Under the pieces are notes generated by a model. That model was given only the letters and a program-made list of their open reading frames with translations. It did no database searches and was not told where the DNA came from. From assembly GCA_002189035.1 (NCBI GenBank), contig CM007991.1, positions 4,836,001-4,900,000 of the forward strand: a stretch of DNA of 64,000 nucleotides, given 5' to 3'. The position numbers and the translations under genes are program-made. The stretch comes from Utricularia gibba. Taxonomy: Eukaryota; Plantae; Magnoliophyta. Below are positions 56,627-64,000 of the stretch, in pieces. Within the stretch, counting starts at the first letter, position 1, and every line of letters begins with the position of its first letter.

Positions 56627-59600
56627 CTTGACGTCTCAATCAATATACATATTCACCCTAAATGGAGGTGCAGTCACTTAGAAAAGTTCTAAGCAAGATT
56701 GCTCATTCACAATGGACCTAGGACGTCCATGGAGTACATAGAGTCCATTGGTATAAGATACATGATTGATTGGCTCTAGTTCAAGTAGGAGATTGTTAGT
56801 GTATGTGTTCTAGAGATAATCAACTCATTAGCAAATCTTATCTTTTGATATTTACTTTGAATTATGATCAAATTTATATCATTGATAAAATCCTCTAACT
56901 GATCTATGTGCTATAGAAATTATGATGAGATCATAATGTGAGATTCTTCAAGCACTCATGATCAAGTTAAAAACTTCCTAGCTAGAATATTTGTGAAATG
57001 AGGATATCACAAATACGGATAAGCTGGCACACATTGAGTTCCCTAAGTTGTTTAGGCAATCGTTCTCACAATTGATTTAATAAGATTACTAGAACCTATG
57101 TGTGGGTGTCGATTAGAGAATCGATTCACTGGATGACTCATCTTCGAGATGCTACTATGGGAAGCAAACCAAGTGTCAGTAGCAAGATCTCGAATATGAC
57201 AGCCGTGCAATTAAGCTTAGACTTGAGGTCAACAAAGTTATCTTGATCTTAAGCTCACATTTTCGCTCATTACTAATGGGAGCCTAACCATGGCTCGCCT
57301 AGTATGGATGAGTAGGGATGTGACTCCTTAAGGCTGGAGATAGTTGATTGATCAATAAAGGATTCATCACTCATGTTAGCGATGAGATCATATCTCAAGT
57401 AATTGCATCAAAGCCTAATAGTAAGTCCTGGGCCCAGGGTAATGACACTTGAATTGTTTGAGTAGGTCATTGAGTGTTAGTGCTTGAATGAAATTATAAG
57501 TTCGATACATCAGAAAGACACACACCCATGTTCTAGTATCGAATGAGATATAAGTATGATGAAAGTTGTTCATTGCATGGTGGCTGGTCATGGAAAGGCT
57601 CAATCATTTCACCTGATTATTCTTACATCTTGGGGATCATGATATGTTGCTAGACATCACTCATGATCGATAATGATGGATTTGATTAATTAATAGTTAA
57701 TTAATAAATCCATTATTACGGCCTTGATTGAAGAAGCCTATAGGGTCACACACAATAGTGGAGTCACTCAACGATATAAAATAGAATGACATAATTACAT
57801 GAGATGTAATTGGTAAAGTGGATAAATTAAATTGAGAGTTATTTTGATATGAATATTGATTAAACTCAAAATAAAAGATCATATATAGATAAGATTTGGA
57901 ACATATACATATCTCCACAAGATAAGATCTTTATGGAGATATGATTTGATATGTTACCATATATCTAACAAAAGATTTAGATCTTGAGAGATGCTCCAAG
58001 GTCTTAGTGCTCTCTGAGACTAATCCACAAGGGGGCGTTTTTCTCTACTAGCACCTGAGGAATTCGACCATCATTCAAGAGCCTTGAGAAGGTTATCGAC
58101 GGAGTGCTCCACGTGTGGATACCATAGAGGCCATCTCCTATTGGCGGTTGGTGAACATCGGAGTCATCTTAATGGTATTTTAGCATCCCTATGTCTGATG
58201 TATACCGTATTCCAAGATCTGAGTTGGGGGTTTCTCAAAATTTTAAAATTCTGCTGCTTTTGAGACATACGATATCTACAGGAAACCCAACAGAAAATGT
58301 CTAATATTTTGCCACAAAACTCGAGTTCTAACATGAATTTTTATGTTTTTATGACTAACACGACAGTCGCGTGTTTTATTTCTAGCTAGGACTAAATCTA
58401 TGATATAGTCTTAACCTTGTTTCTAATAGTTACTTTGAGCAATGCAGCTATTGACAGCCACCCCAAATCTCGAGGAGCCGGAAAAAAACAGTGCAGTCAC
58501 AGAAAGTATGAGCAAAAAGATGGATGAAGTACAAACAAATCCCAAGGAAGAGTAAAAGGAGATTTTTGGAAATAATGGGAGAGAGAGAAGAAGGGGAGGA
58601 CCATTTTTTAACAATGAGAGGGACTTATGGAAAAATATCTCTTAATGGCAACAACACCCAGAAGGGAGGGGGGTGACGATCCAAAAAGAAAAAGTTTCCC
58701 TTTTAAGGTTTTCTTCCATTCTTAATGAACACTGTTCCTAGCTGAGATTAGTTTTAGTTTTCCCTACATGAACAATTTACTGTTTATGTTTTGTTATACA
58801 TCTTATGTTGTTGTTTAACCTTGAGAACAGAATGCTGCTTAGTATGTGTTATGAAGATGCTTTCCTTTCCTTTATTATGAGTAGCTAAGTACTTAGGGGT
58901 TCCTTGGAGTGAAAAGGGGATAAATGTGCTAATCAATCTTTAGACTTTATTACCCATAAGCCACGCCACTTCCTCAGCAAACTAGGATAGATCCACAAGG
59001 GAAAAGTAGTGAAACTTATCTCAACAACCTTAATTAGAGGTAGACCAAAGATTAGGGGGAAAACAAGAGTCCGAGGAGACCTAGACTTTGTTTGTTAGTT
59101 GTTTGAGTTATGGTTTGTGTGAGTATGTTTAATGATAAGCATACATCCCCTAGGAGTCCCAAGGCATCACCCATTTCATCTTAGAAACAACCCAGTTCCA
59201 AAGCATGTTACTTTTGTTTATTGTATTCCATCGTGGTTCTGCCTTAGTTTTAATTAAGACCAAATCTATCAACGTGACACTGATTGCGTGCATTGATAAT
59301 CACATAACAAGCACATGCTCTTCGTGTTCGACCCTAATCACTATGCTCATAATTGTATTATGTTTGAATGTATATTAGGTTATAAATTTTATTTAATAAG
59401 AAAATTCATAATTCAACGACATTGCAATATTTTTTGTTTATCAACGCCACCTATTTTGAATGTAGACTTTGATACTATCTTGATAAAAAAAACCATGCTT
59501 TAACATTTCCTCCTAGTTTCTTTTATGTTTTCTACTTTAATATTCACCTTGTTTAAATGTCTTTCTCAACTGAACTTGTTTACTTCGTCATTTTTGTTAC

Positions 59601-60099
59601 TGTTTTCATATGCGAATGGGAACAATAACTTGAGGATGTTGTAGCCTTTTCAATTATGGTTCTCATGGATTAAGTGAAATATTTTATGTTAATTTCCCGA
59701 GGTACTAATTTACATATTCTATTCGATGCTTCATGATCAAGGTGAGTAGATGTATTTTATAAATTTAGTTAGAGTAGACAGCCTTTTTGCAAACAATACC
59801 CCTATTTAATCTTGTTTATGCATAGGACTAATAACTGAAAATCATGTACTTTCTATGTATCGACCTGAACTTACTACTACTACACTATTTTTTTTTGTGT
59901 GAATGAAATGTTATTATTTGTTCAGTTTACAAATATCTTTTGATGGGGAAGATCTTTATAGCAACAACACATTTAGAATTTTCCATCCATTAGTTTGAAG
60001 AGATGCTTTGGTGTTTCAACTCCTCTTCACTCTTATACCAAGGCTTTGGGCCTAATTACCTAAGACAATCCCATCATTCATCAAGCACTTGTTACGTCA

Positions 60100-60730
60100 A
60101 TTGGCTGCTTAATGTTTTTGAAAAAGTTACACATCTGATCTTGTTCATATAGTAAGCCTAGTCTCATGTTATATGCATTGTCTAATTGCTAAGCTATTGA
60201 CTTGTTTCAAGAGGATCTTATGCTATGTGGGACGAACAAATGAACATGGGTTATTTAATTAGAAAGAGACTATCATTATATTCAAAGACTGTGAATGCTA
60301 ACTTTGCTAGAGATATTGATATCAAGCACCAATGGGTAATATTTTTCCATCTTGGCACTACCATGATCAACCGACTTCAAAAAAAAAATAAAACAAAGGA
60401 TGATTTCTCCATCCATCATAGAGGTTGAATTTGTAGTTGCACTCGTAGCTAAATACAAGTTCAAGCAACTCACACCCATTGTATTACATTGTGACTCCTC
60501 AAGTACCATAGCCATGATCAAAGTCTCAATTTTTCATCGTGGCAAAAAGCACATTGTAATCAAATACCATGTGATTCAACATTTATTAAAATATTCATAG
60601 ATTCACACTCAATATTGCCCCATAAGTAGCAAATAGCTAATGTAATGACTAACTCTTTGTCTGCATGATTATTTCAGCATTTGGAGAATAGATTGGAACT
60701 TAGAGTTGCCTTCAAGGGAGAGTTTGTTTG
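60100..60730 (+). mobile_element. Highly decayed Ty1/copia RT/RNase H 3' remnant
   Basis: EVEFVVA, PIVLHCDSSSTIAMIK..IFHRGKKHIVIKYHVI; purine tract caagggagag before tgtt. Confidence 0.65.
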
Positions 60731-61821
60731 ATGTTAAAGTCAACTAGCAAAGTTGAGTGGCCTAGCAAGTGTGCCAAGTCAAAGAGGAGAACCTTGCGCT
60801 ATCATCCATGCCACGTTTATGAGTGTACTTTCTTAATCAAGATCATGGCATTGCATGATCCCCATGATCATATTCTCAGTTGTAATTTTGTTGAAACTAA
60901 TGAGAATCAAAAGATTTATGTTATGGAATCATCTGTGTATGTTGTTTTGATATTTTTGATTAATTCAATAATTGATTTCCTTGTTATTGCAATTTACAAT
61001 TCTCATTTACACTAGTCTCATACATTATGGTAAGTGCAAACATTGATAGCCATGGATTGGTTCCAACACCAACAGCAGGTGACTTGATTTCCAATAGGAA
61101 CTACATGTTTGACAAATGCAACAAACACAGCTTTGTGGATTATGGTCATCGGTATCTTTGCGCCGTGTGGTGAGAGAGATGAGGAGGATGCATCGTATCG
61201 TACATATATCTGCACCTGAAATCAACAGTTTGCGTGGGGGTGTGGAAAGCTAAACCCGCTTTGGTGAGTAAAAATAAGCCATAAAAACTGTATCCATGCA
61301 TAGACGCGCATGTATCGTATCATCAAATCAATGCCTCTGCTTTATTTATTTATGTGGGTGATGACTGCCCTGCCCTGCCCTGCCCTGCAGCACCCATGTG
61401 GGGGTGGGGGTGGGGGGGTGCCCAGACAGGGGTGGACTGTGGAGTGGAAATCGCTCAAACTTTGGCGGAAACCGAAGAAAGAAAAGCGAAAGGCTGAAAA
61501 AGCTACCAAGAGCAATTTCATTTCTCAAGTATAAATAAATACATGTATACAGTAGGGTGCATGCGAGCGAGGGTACAGCCCCGCGGCCCACCCAGGGCCA
61601 GGGCCATGGGTCTTCTGATCCTTAAGTCCAAGCATCACACACCACCCTATTCCAAGAATCAATGATCCCGCAAACCAAATCAACCTCACCCGCCCCGCCA
61701 TCCATCATTTTCTACACTTTGTTTTTCTTTTTTGGTTTCCGCTGCCCTCCACCCCCCAACTTTCCCTTCCCTTCCCCTCCCCTCCCCTGCCTGGGTAAGC
61801 AAACCAATTGCAGTGGGCGCC

Positions 61822-64000
61822 ATGGGTTCTTTGCCCGATCCTGGCGAGGTCAGCGACCCTCTCCCCAGTTTCGACGACTTTCAGCGCCAAACATCCCTTA
61901 TGACCAGCTGCACTCTTCTTTGGAAGGAACTCTCCGATCACTTGTTCTCTCTCGAGCAGGACCTCATCAACAAATCAGATGCTCTCAAGGCCAAGCTCCA
62001 AACCCTAAGCACCGACACCCAGCAAGCGCTTAAGGCCCTCGATTCCCGCGAGTCCTCCATTTCTAAATCCATGTCTATCACTTTTCAGAAGTTGGATGAC
62101 AACGCCAAAATGTCCATGGCTTCCGCCCTTCTTCCTGCTTTTGCGCACACGGACGACCCTGAAGTTGATGACTCCCAAGGTTTGTTGCTGAAACTTCAAA
62201 GCTTTTGCCGCAGGATGGCCGCCAAAGAGCTCTGGATCTTCGTTACCTCTCGGAAGAAGGAATTTGAATCTTTGAGATTGGAACTGCCAAAAGCTCTAGC
62301 CGACTGTGTTGATCCCCCAAAATTTGTCCTAGAAGCTATATCCGAGGTTTTCCCGTTTGCCCCTCCCAACAACACTACTAATTGCTCGGATCTGGGATGG
62401 GCGTGCGTGTTGTTTCTTGAGTCACTCATTCCGGTAATGATGGATCCAGTATTGGGGAAGGAGAGGATGTTGGTCACTCCCTTCATTAAGTTGAAGGCGG
62501 AGGAGATAGCTGAGGCGTGGAAGCAGAGCTTGGAGGACAGGGGAGGAGTTGAGAATATCAAGACCCCAGATGTGCATTCTTTCTTGCAGCATTTGGTTAC
62601 TTTTGACATCGTCAAGCGCGAGGATTTGAATTTGTATAGGAAGCTTGTGGTAGCTTCTGCTTGGAGGAGGCAGATGCCCAAGCTTGCGCTTTCACTGGGC
62701 CTGAGGGATAAGATGCCTGGTATTCTAGTTCTTGGCTAGTTGTTATTTTTCATAGGATTGCTAACGTCGCTGTGTCTTTCTCACACTAAACTTTGGGGGT
62801 TCGATGTGGAAATACTGCATCCTACTTTGATCTCCATGACATTTGTATCTCTCTTGCAGCTGATGGTTGATGATCACTGATGTTTCGTTTTTTTATCATA
62901 GAATATGACGTTACTTCCCTAGCTAATCCTTCACTACAGCACTTGTTGTAAAATTGGTCTTCAATAGCATCTTATTCCACCTAGAAGTCTGGCTCTGCGT
63001 AGCGCTTCTTTCAGAGCGTGCTATCGTCTTATTTGTTCAGGGATGTTATGTGCACTTTAAAAATATTTATTCGTGGTTCCTTTGTCTCACATGCTATATT
63101 TCTCATAATGTCACACGCGAATTTCACTCTGTGACGTATTAGACATTTAATTTTTTTATTGTTCCCTCATTTTTTTCTTTTACTGATCTTAATTACTCAC
63201 TGAACAGATATGATTGAAGAGCTGATTGGAAAGGGGCAACAGCTGGATGCTGTGCATTTTGCACATGAAGTTGGCCTTGCTGATAAATTCCCTCCGGTTC
63301 CTTTGCTGAAAGCTTTCTTGAAGGATTCAAGAAACGCTTCTGCATTCATACTAGCAGATCCAAACAATTCAGGCCGTGCCTTGGTGAGCTTCTTGCATTT
63401 GATATATGAATGTTTTCTTTGAAGCTCGCTTGGTGCCCTCTTCCAAATAGTTTGAATGTTCAGTATGACGCCTTTCCTTTTTCTAGTTTAGATTTTCTTC
63501 CTTTCTGGAAATTGGATTCCTCACGTCACTACCACCCTGATTTCAAATAAATACCTGTTTACTTGTAATACTCATGTGCCTGAGATCAAATTGGTTGTGT
63601 TGTTGACGCCTTAGCAACATTTTGTGTATTTTGCAGCACATGGCTGCAAAAAAAGAGCTATCAGGTATTCGTGCTGTGCTCAAATGCATTGAAGAATACA
63701 GGCTGGAGGCAGAATTCCCGCCTGAAAGTCTCAAGAAACGCCTTGAGCAACTGGAGAAAGGGAAAACAGAGAAGAGAAATCCTTCCAGCCCAACAGCTAA
63801 AAGAACTCGCGGCAGCGGTGGACCGATGCCCCGGCCAAGGCAGGCCGCTCAACAAATGCTTATGTTTCATCCTTCCCATCACCACCTCCGTATATTCGGT
63901 CTCCTTCCCACGCCCAATACTCTGTTTCGCCGGCATATCCCGCACCCCCGGCAATGTATGGTCATGGAGGCAGGAGCCCGCCATATGCCTATTCACACGA
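61822..64000 (+). CDS. FRL4: FRIGIDA-like protein 4 (FRL4 clade). Exons 61822-62719, 63208-63383 and 63637 to window end; apparent 1-nt frameshift at 63829-63832
   Basis: MGSLPDPGE...SFDDFQRQTSLMTSCTLLWKELSDH, DPPKFVLEAISEVFP, SAWRRQMPKLALSLGL, LKCIEEYRLEAEFPPESLKKRLEQLEK. GT-AG introns are phase-consistent (898+176 nt). Confidence 0.9.

Larger units (their letters stand above)
50577..58292 (+). mobile_element. Near-full-length Ty1/copia element (Angela-like), degenerate
   Basis: LTRs 50577-~52026 and 56794-58292; GAAAA TSD at 50572-50576 and 58293-58297; PPT-like caagtaggagat at 56782-56793. Confidence 0.95.
50539..59302 (+). repeat. Athila-type LTR (50539-50576 plus 58298-~59302) interrupted by the copia element
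   Basis: tgataacacatattttt start; continuity across the GAAAA TSD; atgagtagctaag motif. 3' end approximate. Confidence 0.55.

Noticed and set aside
43936-58292. Inversion between the inverted LTRs at 43936-45415 and 50577 or 56794
   Set aside because: Reversing the segment in either way does not restore matching TSDs, and the copia's GAAAA TSD is intact as it stands.
61018-61230. Exon-like minus-strand segment after a ttgatttcag acceptor (QIYVRYDASS...)
   Set aside because: No recognisable family and no linked exons; left unannotated pending BLAST.
61732-61821. N-terminal extension of the FRL4 ORF predicted by the ORF track
   Set aside because: Non-ATG start in a pyrimidine-rich 5' UTR; homology begins at MGSLPDPG (61822).

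Overview
Plant nuclear DNA. About 61 kb is nested, mostly decayed transposons, followed by one host gene (FRIGIDA-like 4, from 61822 to the window end). Retroelements: several Athila-type Ty3/gypsy copies, CRM-like gypsy remnants, a TSD-flanked Ty1/copia (Angela-like) element and three further copies of its ~1.5-kb LTR. DNA transposons: three to four PIF/Harbinger elements and a truncated hAT. Main result: two divergent PIF/Harbinger elements (9077-17166 and ~19240-26600) each carry a third intron-containing gene between the DDE transposase and the convergent Myb/SANT gene. It encodes an N-terminal Transposase_28/TRP28-like domain (largely present only in the second element), an acidic and helical linker, and a C-terminal FCP1/NIF-type HAD phosphatase-like domain. 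This points to a conserved three-gene Harbinger lineage with a possible regulatory or anti-silencing cargo. Both copies are pseudogenised. All domain calls come from reading motifs by eye, not from database searches.
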